DNA of 64,000 bases, taken from Psammoneis japonica (Eukaryota). The first letter of the stretch is position 1. Each line of letters starts with the position of its first letter. The notes under the pieces are model-generated. The model saw only the letters and a list, made by a program, of their open reading frames with translations. It did no database searches and was not told where the DNA came from. The stretch is from positions 62,001 to 126,000 of the forward strand of contig QPGO01000120.1 of the NCBI GenBank assembly GCA_008632985.1, given 5' to 3'. The position numbers and the translations under genes were made by a program. This document shows positions 24,564 through 36,007 of this stretch, in pieces.

Positions 24564-26135
24564 CTAAGTGGTATTTTGGTCGCCTCTCCCACAGTTTCCA
24601 ATACCTATGTGTTCAAGGCAAGGAGGTCGCTTCTTTGGCCAGTCGATTCTCGAGTGATAAAATTGAGCGAGTGACAAGAGTTTCGAGTCACTATTTCGTG
24701 CGCCAATGAGCTGTATTCCCATCGGCAGTCCCTCGCTACCGAAACCAGCCGGGATTGTCGTGCACGGGAGACCGGCCAAAGTGCCTGGTACTACCACTTC
24801 CATCCAACGATGATAGGTATCCATGTCCGTTCCTTCAATCGTCTTGGGCCATCTCCATTCGGACGGAAAGGGCCAGACTTGAGCTGTTGGGAGGGCAAGC
24901 GCATCGTACCTTTCAAAGAGATTGGCGGCTGTGTCGGTCCATTTTTTTGCGAAAGTTAATGCTTCATCAACATCCTCATCCGTCACTGCCATTCCTCGTT
25001 GTGCCTCCCACAATGCTTCTTCCTTTATTGGTGCCTTACCGGTTTGCAGCGTATCCTTCCCATACATTTCCTCCAGGTTTGAATAAATAACCTTGCACCT
25101 AATGGTCGTCCAAGACTTCCATAAATGATCAGCCTTCATGGGCGGGATGGAAATGTCATCTATCATGACTCGACCACTGGCAGAAAAACCGTCCCTCAGA
25201 GCATCTTTACAAAGTGAAAGGATCCCTGCTTCCATCGGATACGCTCCGCCCCAATCTCCGAGCCATCCAATTCGCATGCTAGTTACATTTGGAGAAGCTT
25301 CGACCTTTTCTTCATCAAATTGTTCCTTTCCAGCCATGGTTTGTAGCAACCTGGCAACATCGAGTGGTGTCCTTGCCATTGGACCCACAGTTGATATTGG
25401 ATATGTCAAAGGATTCACATTTGCAGTGTCGTCGCGTTCAACGATTCCAGCGGTTGGTCGGTGACTGTAAATGTTGTTCCATCCTGCCGGATTTCGCAAA
25501 CTACCCATCATGTCCGAGCCGTCCGCCACGCACAGCATTCGACTTGATAGAGCCACCGCAGCTCCTCCACTACTACCTCCCGCGCTCTTGTTGATATTGT
25601 ATTGGTTTACTGTTGTCGGAAATTTGGAATTGAAACTGTGGGATCCAAGCCCGAGTTCTGGAGTGTTTGTTTTTCCAATAACAATGGCTCCCGCGTCAAC
25701 AAGCCGTTGTACAAACAAATCATTTTCGGTAGCAACCTCATTCAACACACCACCCATGGTCGTAACAAGCCCTTTTGCGTTTGACATGTCCTTGATGGCG
25801 ATGGGAATGCCGTGGAGCCAACCCTTCCGATAGGAGGCGGCATCCGCTTGCTCGGCTTGTTCCATCAGGTCGTTTCGATTTCTCAGCAAAATCAAGGCTC
25901 CCAGCGTTGGATTCAATTGTTCAATTCGATTTAGAGTGACCTCCATGAGTTGTGTACACGTTACTTGTCCCTCTTGTATCTTTTTCGATAGTGTCGATGC
26001 ATCGAGATCCAAGATACTCATTCTGCGTTGTGTTCTGAAAGATCCATGTGTCGGAACGTTCCTTCTCGTCACTTGCAGGGCTTCTGTTACATAAAAAGCA
26101 AGGAACGCAAACATAGCGCTTCTGATACATCTCAT
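24564..26135 (-). CDS. Amidase-signature family enzyme
   Basis: GIPIAIKD, GGSSGG, GSDMMGSLRNPA (Ser-cisSer-Lys triad); possible N-terminal targeting peptide. Confidence 0.93.
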   Translation of the reverse strand: MRCIRSAMFAFLAFYVTEALQVTRRNVPTHGSFRTQRRMSILDLDASTLSKKIQEGQVTCTQLMEVTLNRIEQLNPTLGALILLRNRNDLMEQAEQADAASYRKGWLHGIPIAIKDMSNAKGLVTTMGGVLNEVATENDLFVQRLVDAGAIVIGKTNTPELGLGSHSFNSKFPTTVNQYNINKSAGGSSGGAAVALSSRMLCVADGSDMMGSLRNPAGWNNIYSHRPTAGIVERDDTANVNPLTYPISTVGPMARTPLDVARLLQTMAGKEQFDEEKVEASPNVTSMRIGWLGDWGGAYPMEAGILSLCKDALRDGFSASGRVMIDDISIPPMKADHLWKSWTTIRCKVIYSNLEEMYGKDTLQTGKAPIKEEALWEAQRGMAVTDEDVDEALTFAKKWTDTAANLFERYDALALPTAQVWPFPSEWRWPKTIEGTDMDTYHRWMEVVVPGTLAGLPCTTIPAGFGSEGLPMGIQLIGARNSDSKLLSLAQFYHSRIDWPKKRPPCLEHIGIGNCGRGDQNTT

Positions 26136-26259
26136 GTTGTCGAAGAAGCGTGTTCATGCAGCCCAATGTTTTGTTGATTGCGTCTATCACATTGAACATA
26201 GGTCTTCCATCTTTCTCGTGCGTGTGTCGTGAGTAAGTCGTGCCGCCACCATCGTCCTC

Positions 26260-29200
26260 TGCGTGTCAAGTGTCAATGCAATCACGTCCAAAATCCCAAA
26301 ATCCAAAAACGTGGGCACAGACAGACAACACTTTGTTCCAATCACGTCACCCAGAGCAAGCAATCACCATTGATTCTTCCATCCGGCGTGCTCGAAAAGG
26401 GGAGCACGGGCTGCAACTTGCAACAACGTTTGGTTGGGGGACAATGAAAGACTTGCCATTGAGTCAACCAGCAGGCAAAGATGAGCGCAGCTTCGCCCCA
26501 CTCAAAGAGACTGCCAACCAGACCAAACACGTTGGGGCTGTGAAGGGCAGTCATGCCACCTTTGTGCACACTCCAGCAGTGTGGCAGAAAAGATGACACT
26601 TGTCAAGCACCCATCAAAAAACACAAGGACAATTTTGTTGTGGTGTCAAGAAAACCCCACATGCTGCAGCAGACCTCATTGCGCGTGCCCCCCCTTTTGT
26701 GTCGCCTGCCGCCATGGTTGACAGCCAGCAGCACTTCCAGGTGAGGAGGAAGAGGGCTCTGAAACTGCCATGTCCCAGTCTGCTAGAAAGCTGAGGGGTC
26801 CCTCCCTGTCCACTGATGTGCTGGTGCCATGCAAAGACCACACTGTGACGACAGACTTGCCACAGCAGCGCTGAGTGAGCTGGGTGGCTGCACAGAGTGC
26901 TGCCACAATCAGAAAACAAAACCACTGGCAAAACAGATGTGGTGGTTGCCCTGTGGTGGAAGCAGAACTTGTGCAATGTAGGCTGCCCCAGCAATGTGCC
27001 CACCAGCATGTTTTGTGGACCAGCGGCATCTGGACAATCTAACGGATGTCTGGGACAGATGACAATCGTGCACTGGATGAGAAAGAAAGTGAGCAAAGGA
27101 GAGATCATCAGATCTCTCCATGCTGTCCATGCCAGTCTGTCTGACACAAGGGAGTGCACTCCCCATCTTGGATGTCTGTCACCCTCCCCTGATGAGCAAC
27201 GCAATGCTCAACAAGAAAGAAAGAGACAATCCGGACAAAAAGAGGACCAGAACAGCAGATGACAAAACAAACAAAACAGAGACACACCCAAGACTCAATC
27301 CACAACAAACCCGATGACAATCAACGGCAGTGTCCCATCAAGCAGCGAGCATGGCGGGAATGGAGTGTCCAACCCATGGCCTTGGTCAGTGCATCAGCAG
27401 GGTTGATGACACCCGGGATGTGTCGAGTGACAATTTTCCCTGCGTCACGCCAGTCTTGGATCGCAAAATGTTGAATGTCAACATGGTGCGATCGCTCCGT
27501 AGGCACCTTGTTGTTGATCATCCGGACAGCAGAGGAATTGTCAATGTGCAAGGGAGCAGGATTACATTGGACAAAACCGAGCTCTTCAAGGACCATGCGA
27601 AGGTGCAACGTCTGCTTGGCAGCAGTGACAGCCGCGAGGAATTCAGCCTCGGTGGAGCTGGTGGCTGCAATGGCACGACAACGGCAATCAATCGCAGCAC
27701 CAGCAAGGACATGTGCGCACCCATCAGTGGATCGGTGACGCCACAGTTCATTGCCATGTGCTGCATCAACAAAACCAATCAATTGAAACAGATCGGCAGC
27801 ACGGGGGAACTCAGGAAGGGATGGAGCATCTTCGAGCCACTCAAACATGCTCTCCAAGGTCATCCTGAAGCTGGTGTTCTGTGGGAAAAGCACATCAATT
27901 TGATCCTCACTGGTGCAAAACTTCTTTTTTGCAACACTGCTCATGACAAGTGCATCTGCTCCGGTGAATGTGATGGTGTCAAGGTTCCATTGCTCCGTCA
28001 AGTTGATGATTTTGCACTTGCTTGTCCTTCTGAGAAGATTGCGAAGGAAATCTATGATCACATTGGAAAAGCTCTCCAGATGGAGAACGAGGATGCTCCC
28101 CCCTTTAAACATCTCGGCCTCGTTGCTGAATTCAATGGTGTTGATGTTGTCCAGAATGATGATTCGATCACGATCAATGTTGCCAGCTACCTTGACCGTG
28201 TCTTCAAGACCCATGGATGGGATGCTCCCACTGCGAATGAAACTGACAGTGATTTCAAGGCTGCTCCTGTGCCGGTCGACTGCATCCCCGAGTTGCATGC
28301 TGCTGAAGGCCCTGAGGAGGGCACCCCTGAATGCGATGTTCTCTCTGACTCTCATGGATTTTCATGTCGCTCTCTCAAGAATTGGTCTTTGCCCACTCGT
28401 GCTGTCGCTTGGACATCAGACACCCCATTGTCACCTTGTCCAAGTTCTCTAAGGCTCCTGCTGATGTTCACTGCGATTCCCTCAAGCGCATGACCAAGTG
28501 CCTGCGATGCACCAAACACTGGGGCTTGACGTGCAAGAAGACCAAGCATGATCCGGGCTTGCCTCCCCATGCTTTTGAGTGGCTCGAAGATGCTCCATCC
28601 CTTCCTGAGTTCCCCCGTGCTGCCAATCTGTTTCAATTGCTTGGCTTTGTTGATGCGGCACATGGCAATGAACTGTGGCATCGCACCTGCTGTGGCAGCT
28701 GGTGGAGGTGCAGAACTTGAAGTTTGAGATGACTTTGGACATGGAGCATCACTCACATCGTCCCAACATGCAAAAGACAGAAAATCAGGGCGGAAGAAGA
28801 GGAACACAGTCTCAACATAGACCGTCATGGCATCGTGTCCATCTGAAATTGCCTGGATCACAGCCTTCTGAAGATTGGTGAGGTTCAGACGAATCGGAGA
28901 AGCTTCAGGAGCAGCCACAAAGAGAGGAGCTTTGTCCACAATCGGGCCAATCCGTGTGAGATCTTCAGTCAACGCAGCCTTGGGGATGATGAGGTCATGA
29001 ACAATCTCACGACGGAGAGTGGCAACAGCATCGCTCTTGAGGCCTTGAGGAGCAAATCCGTCCAGAAGTTCTTCAGGAGCAGGCATCTTGTCGGAATGAA
29101 GGACATTCAGGTGATGATGGGCATCAGGTGAGCCATGCTGGGGGTTGAACACAACCAGCATCGACTTGATCTTGGTCAAATCGACGGCGTTTTGATTTTT

Positions 29201-31830
29201 GTTCACCATGGTTGCACGGGGAAAAAATTAAATTCCTGCGCAGAGCTCTGGTGTGTGTTCTACGGTGGTCGTTTGATCACAAATCGAGAGGTGAAAAAAC
29301 AGCTGTGACAATGATGACGATTTCAATGAAGAAAAAGTCGCCAAATCACACAACAGGCATTGCAACGGAGGAGCACAGAGGAAGAGGAACAGCGCACTGC
29401 TGCTCATGACCTTGCGGACTAGCGGCATCGGGACAATCTAACGGATGTCTGGGACAGATGACAATCGTGTGCCAGATGAGAAAGAAAGTGAGCAAAGGAG
29501 AGATCATCAGATCTCTCCATGCTGTCCATGCCAGTCTGTCCGACACAAGGGAGTGCACTCCCCATCTCGGATGTCTGTCAATGTTTTTGTTTGCGCCCAT
29601 TTTGACTTCCCTTTTTTGTTGTGTCTCACTGCCCCACGTCATTTTGAAGTTGCAGTCTGCTCACGTCAAGCATGCTTTGCACTTTGGAAACCACAATGAA
29701 TCAAGTTGCAGCAAAGTGCCTCTTAAAGGGTTGATTGCTGTTGGCTCAAATGCACAAACACAGTGCTCAGCTGTCTCAACAGCACATCAGGTGCTGCCGC
29801 AGATGGCAAGTCTGGTGCTGTTGTTGCAAGGCTCAAAGCCCATTTGATTGGTTGTCAATGCCACACATGATGCTTGCAAAATGTGTGTTGGGTCAAATTT
29901 GTCGCAACAGAAAGAAGCCAGGACCCCCTCTTTTTTGCTTGTGGCTGAGTTGCCAAGAGCCTTGATCCAGACACAGCAGTGTGACTGGACTGTGACCAGA
30001 GAAGCCACATTGCCAGGGCACCGTTTGGGCTGATGGTTCACAAAAAACAATGAGACTGGTTGAAGCCTGTCAGTGGACAACTGAGTTGTTGCCAGTGATC
30101 AGAGTGTTTTGCAAACATCAGCTGCAATGCTAGAGAAGATGCCCTTCACTCTGTGTGCTTGCTGTTGATGAAAAAGGCAAATGTGCAAAACACATCTGCG
30201 CTGACTTTTTTCCCATGTTTTCTCTCACTGCATGCTGTGCCATCATTGCACTCCATGTGGTCAGAAATGAACATTTGTTGCTCCCTCTGATTGTGCATGG
30301 TTTGACTTCAGAGAGACTTGGCGCCACATCTGTCAGCACTTGTCAACCAGCAGCACAGTGCCAGCACACATGTCACACTGACAGTGCAGACCACCAGTCA
30401 TGCAACAGAGAGTTGTGACATCGGACTTGCGGAGCATTCCCACAGTGCACCAATGCCTGCCTTGCCATTCACAAATGAAAATCAGTCAAATTTTGTCCAG
30501 ATTGATTTTGTTTTTTCTTAAAAATGAGAGAGTCTGTTGTTGCTTTGTTGAGGTGGATGCAAATGCAGAGTGGCTTGCCATTGCTTTGACCAAAAGATGC
30601 CCAACCTTGTCTCTCATTCTTCCATTGCAATCAATGAGATCAATCAAGAGTTCTCATTGTGCAGAGTCAAGCCCAGGCTGTGCAAACATTTTGGAGGCCA
30701 CCAGCAAAAAAGCGCTGCCCCAAATGACAAACAATGAATGGGGTGCCAACAACAATGCTGTCATTGGTGCTCATGATGATGATGAAGAATGATGATGCAG
30801 TTGTTGTGTGCCACCCCTGCACAAGAATTGAAGCTCACAAGGACTTGCTTCAGTGCAAACCAAAGTCATGCTGCACACATGCTGCAGTCCTCTGACAAGT
30901 GGCACTTTTCTTTGCAACCTGCACTCTTCTGAAGTTGTCTGCAAGCAGGGGCAACAACCACAAGACATCATTTGTCATGGTGCCATGTCATGCAACCAGC
31001 AGCATTGGCTCTGGCATTGCACTGCAAGTGCACTCAAGTGCAGAGCTTGGCTGCAATGCTGTGGTTTGGATGACACCACAAAATGGCAGCACAATGACCC
31101 CACCACAGGTGTTGTTTTGAGTGCTGGCATTCTGTTCCAACAAAGTTGAGAACTCGGTGATGCACTCTGGCTCCAGGTGGGAATTTTTTGAAACATTTTG
31201 CTGCAGACTCTCCATGTGCAAGCTCTGTGCAGCTCACTTGTTGGGCAATGACTGTGCTTTGTCTTTGACACAAATGCAAACTGTGGCTCTTTTGCAGCAC
31301 GGGGAACAAGGCAGCAAGCCCCCCCTTCTTGTCAGCAGTGTGTGAGCTTGACTCGCTGCTGGATCCGCCACACACATGGGTTGACAAGATGCTCTTTTCC
31401 TCCTCTCCAGAAGCACATCATTTTGACTGCTTGGCACCCATGTGGCAAATCTGTGACTTGTGTTTCGTTGCACTGAGAAAGAAGTGGAAAAGATTTGCCA
31501 CCCTGCAGAGCAAAGCCAGAGTCCCCCCCCCCAAGAGAGTGAGGCACTGTCTGAGCTGAGGAAAGAAACAGCTTACATCAAAAAACAGCAAGCCTTGGAT
31601 TTCCTGAGACAGCAGGTGAAAATGCCACACAAGCAAGGTGGCTGTTGCTTCAGCCTCAAAGCTGCTGTGCAAAGAGGGCGGCATTGTTGCTGCCCACCAC
31701 CGCTCTTCTCATTTGGGGGGGGGGGGAGACACGGGCGCGCAATGGTGAAGGTGAGAAGTTCTTCACACATTGGCACGGCCTGCATTGGTCAGGTTGAAGG
31801 TGTGCAGCAGGTCGAGACCCCCGCCATTTT
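26260..31830. repeat. TpA/CpG-depleted repeat domain hosting a nested LTR element
   Basis: Composition; flanks of the LTR element are more eroded than the element itself. Confidence 0.7.
27014..29580 (-). mobile_element. Internally deleted and rearranged Ty1/copia LTR retrotransposon
   Basis: 168-bp LTRs 29413-29580 (5') and 27014-27181 (3'); flanking duplication ATGTTT (27008-27013, 29581-29586); PBS-like GGTcATGAGC (29402-29411); PPT AGGGGAGGG; RNase H end on minus (SSTEAEF..NPADALTK); RT piece on plus (ALQGHPEAG..LRQVDD); probable gag start on minus. Confidence 0.9.
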
Positions 31831-32063
31831 GAATGCCTGAGTTTATCAAGTTTTCTCAGAGGGAGCGAGGTTTCTTGCACGCTCGATCGGCGGCGGCTCG
31901 GCCGGCTTGAACGAAGGATGACGTCACCATTGTCCGTCCGTCATCGGAGCCGACGTGTCAAAAGAAGTTGAAGAATAAAGGCTGACGTCTGCGTTTCCCG
32001 CCACTCGCTGAAGTCGGGCGCAACGCACCAGGTGATCACAAAAAATTGGAAAAACGACCAACC

Positions 32064-32633
32064 ATGAAGGTCAACGCTCTCATCTTTACCCTCTGCGCCT
32101 TCCAGGGTGCTAGCGCCTTCACCGCGCCGCGTTCCATGAGCGCTGCTAAGACTGCTCTGGCTTCGACCGGTCCAGAGGCTTCGGCCATGACACAGGCCCC
32201 TCCCGAACCCATGGCGCCTCCACCACCCCCGGAGCAACCCTATTATGGTGCGTATCTCTTGCCCGGGTCTCTTGTTGCCGAGGTTTACGACCTGATTCTC
32301 AATTGATTTGCTTTTCTGCTCATGACAGCCGAACCCGAACCTGTCATGCGGGCTCCGACCTACATGTCCGACCAGGAAAAGATCTGGGGTGCCAAGGGAG
32401 GCGAAGAATGGAAATACAGTCATCGCAGTAGCTTTGAACAGAACCCCGCCTACATCCAACCTGAAGTTAGCTTTCCTCAGGCCAGAGCTCACCGTCCCAG
32501 TAACTCTGCCTATTACAGTGGCAACTCGCGTGGTGCCGGCGGAAACACGTGGTATCATGCAGCGTACTCTGATTACGATCAAAATGGAAGCGGCGGGTAC
32601 GAGAACCGTCACCGCCCCCCTTATTCCTATTAG
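32064..32633 (+). CDS. Unknown plastid-targeted Tyr/Gly/Arg-rich protein, paralog 1
   Basis: Exons 32064-32247 and 32329-32633 (phase-1 GT-AG intron); ASA|FTAP presequence; conserved with paralogs 2 and 3. Confidence 0.85.
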
Positions 32634-33388
32634 GGTTAGGGAGTTGCGAAGCAGTCAAGCCTGTGACCGGGGAAGCCTACATGCTTTCTCCGGGGATTGA
32701 CGACTTCTGCTTCAAAACCCCGGGCGAAATGAGAATGAGGACGACCGCGGTGACTACGACATCAGTCGTCGCAACCTTCAGTTTTATTCCAGAGGGAGGA
32801 GTCGTTCAAGTTTAAAAGTTAATATTGGTTAAAAAGCTGGGAGAACCGTGTAGGGGGGACACCACAATAAAAAAATAGATAAATGCTTGCTGCTTAGTTT
32901 TTTGCGGTATATGTTGCAAGTTTTGATTAAGAATGTTCGTCTTAATGTCCTTGTTCTACAAAAAATGATGATCTATGAAAAAGTTAGGAGGGAAAAATTT
33001 CAATACCTCTTCAAATTACCGTAACTTGAACCGGTCTTCTGCGAGTGGTGTGGTACTCGCATCAACCTGCTTTCTCTGTGACTCGCCTAGAGAGTAGAGG
33101 ACTAGGGCCCTAGGCTACGATCACAGGCCTTTCGTGGTGGTTGATGTTTCAAAGAACAAAGTGCCAATCATCGTAAAGACGAAGCCAAATGCGTGTCATC
33201 AACTTTCGTCACCTTTGGTCATCTGATCCATGTCAAGTGATACAAGTACCTACGTATGTAGAATTGTACAGCACAATGGTGACGTGGCCTAGTGCCGTAG
33301 AAAAGTACTGTGGCGGAATCAGTACAAGGCAAAGAACCGGATTCTCGCTTCGTTCACAAAAATTTCAAAAAACTCCCTCCACCCCACC

Positions 33389-34081
33389 ATGAAGATCGCC
33401 ATTCTCCTTTCCCTCTGTGCCGGGTCCAGCGCCTTCACCGCCCCGCGTTCTAACGCCGGTAACACTGCGCTTTCTGCTAGCATATGGTGCCCATGACCGA
33501 GGCCCCTCCCCAGCAGCAAGCCCCTCCTCCGATGCGCACGGAACAGCCATACGCCCCTGAGCAACCCTACTACGGTACGTGAACCATTTTCGTGGATCGG
33601 AAAGCTTTACGGTTCTCCTGTCTTTTAGACAAAGAACAAGTGATTTTCCTACGCAATTATTGTGTAATTGTCGAACGAAGCAGCGAAATCACGTCAACTG
33701 TCTGTTGTTTCCTCCCTTTCTAGTGTCTCACTTGTTTGCAACTCTTTCTGTCTGTCGATTACAGCCGAGCAGGCTCCCCCAATGAGGCCACCCGTTGTGT
33801 CCGACCAGGAGATCATTTGGGGCGCCAAGGGAGGCACGGAATGGAAATATGGCCACCGCAGCAGTTTCGACGCGCACCCCGACAAGCAAACCCGCGATGG
33901 CTACAACGCGGCCTACGATGGGCGCCGAGTTGCCCAGACCGGGCGGGACGGAACTCCACTCTATCATGATGGATCTCGCGGTACAGGGGCCAACACATGG
34001 TACCACGCAGCGTACAGCAACTACGATCAACACGGAAGCGGTGGATACGAAAACCGCCACCGTCCTCCTTACTCTTATTAG
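33389..34081 (+). CDS. Paralog 2 (apparent 1-bp frameshift near 33482; pseudogene or assembly error)
   Basis: MKIAILLSLCAGSSA|FTAP; intron 33575-33764 at the same position as in the paralogs; exon 2 intact. Confidence 0.75.
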
Positions 34082-35322
34082 AGGAGTGCGTGGCAAGAGC
34101 AAGCTTTTTGAGTGTTAAGAGCGGAAGTTATGTAGCTTTTTGCTATAGATTTTTGATCATTTTCAACACATGTTGCTCAGCTTGCTTCATCTAGGGAGTA
34201 CGAGGAGCATGCATCCTTTCAAAAGAGATAGAGCATTCTGATTCCAATGCCACAAACCAATTCGAATGCACGAAGCAACTCGGAGAAGATTGCATCTATC
34301 GTTCAGTTCTTTGGCATGTTTTTTCGCAAGCATATGTTGGAATTACTCATACGAAGAAATGATGTGCGAAGAAATCAACGCTTGCGAAACCTCGAAGCAG
34401 CTGCACCTTCAGGGCTTTAGCCCCACAACATGTCGTTGTGGTGCCAAAGGTCTGTTTCCAGAGATCCATCGCCCGATTCTCCACGAATTCGTGTCTACAA
34501 TATAAGACTATCTGTACTACGATTTATTAATGGAATAAGGCTTGCATCACACCCTCGCCATTATCAGTTCTTCCCACGAGCTCACTAGTGGGGTGCATCT
34601 CCCTACATGTAGTAGAGAGCTAACCTTTTAATTCATAAGATTTAGCCAACAGAGAATAGTCTCGTCGACCCCCGCATAAGGTAATAGATACAGCGGGGCT
34701 CCGCAAGCTCCACCCCGCTTCACCCAGGCCACCAGTCGTATACACAGATACTAGTAGTAGGTACGAGTCGATTGGGGCTGGCAAAACAATTTACAGGCTT
34801 TCCCAGACCCGCCGGCTCGGACAAGAGCGCCATAGGATGGAGCCCAAAGGAATACACAGGGTGGGTCCGAAGGTAGGGTGGGAGAAGTTAGGCGGCAAGG
34901 TGGACGGGAACTTGATTGAGAAGTGCTTGTGCCGCCTGAGGCACATTTTGGGCCGGTAGTAAAGCAAATTGGCCATGAGTGGCCATGGCGGTAGCAAAAT
35001 TGCGCATGAGAGGGTAGCATTGCGCATGAAGATAGCGGAGCATCTCGTCGGAGCGCCAGCGGCCGACGAGACTTTGGCACAAAGAAGTGCCATGGCACCG
35101 CCGGACCGGAGGCCACGAGTAGTCACGTGGGAAGGATGCAGGTTGGTGGTACATTATTTCCTCGCACCTAATACTTGTCTTAGAATGCCTTGTAAGTATA
35201 AGGCTTAGTGGCATTGGGGAGCTCGCATTAAAACCTATACCGGTCGTACGGTCATAGTAAGTAGGCTAATGAATAAAAAGTGCTGATGATAAAAAGTGCT
35301 GAATACAATATTATGACCTTAA

Positions 35323-35954
35323 CTTTTTCCGTACCCGCGGGACAAAATTTTTTGTCCCGGTATTTTCTCTAATTAACTCAAGTGTAATTGTTATTTCATT
35401 ATTATTTATATATTTAATCACATATTTCCTGGTGTTATATTATTTGAATAGAAAATGTTGCCTTTCCTCTTTGTCAGTAGCTTCAGAAGAATGACTCGGC
35501 TTAACACATTTCGACCCATAGACATTTAGTTTAGACACTTATGAAGCAGGGTGCACAGCCCTGCTGACAAAACCTATGCGTAATGCAAAACTTTGAATAG
35601 GACAGAAGATTTCGGAAATTATCGCCAAAAGTCACTCTTCCATGGTGTCTACATACGTCCCCAGTATGTATGCGTCTGTCCGTCACTTTTTTGCACCCTA
35701 TTGCCCTAGTCCATTCAGATGTGTCGTCCGGTTGTGTATATGGCACGGATCTCTTCGCAATTGTCCAAACTATGGTCCAAAGTCTGTCCTAGGGCTTGTA
35801 ATGCCATTAGACAAAACTGTCACGGTCGAAACAGCACACATTTATTTGTATTTATTTGAATAGAAAAGTTTTGTTATTTATGTTGGTATTCTTCATAATT
35901 GAAAATTTTGTTTAAATAGGGCAATCGCGCGAAACCGCGTGGGTACGGAAAAAG
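35323..35954. mobile_element. MITE with 17-bp TIRs and TTAA flanks (piggyBac-like)
   Basis: TTAA-CTTTTTCCGTACCCGCG ... CGTGGGTACGGAAAAAG-TTAA (16/17 match); AT-rich non-coding interior. Confidence 0.85.
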
Positions 35955-36007
35955 TTAAAACCTAGAAATTTGAGAGGGGCCAACATGAATATACAATCGC
36001 GAGCCAC

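Noticed and set aside
32630..32641. TTAGGGTTAGGG telomere-like repeat
   Set aside because: Only two units, overlapping a stop codon.
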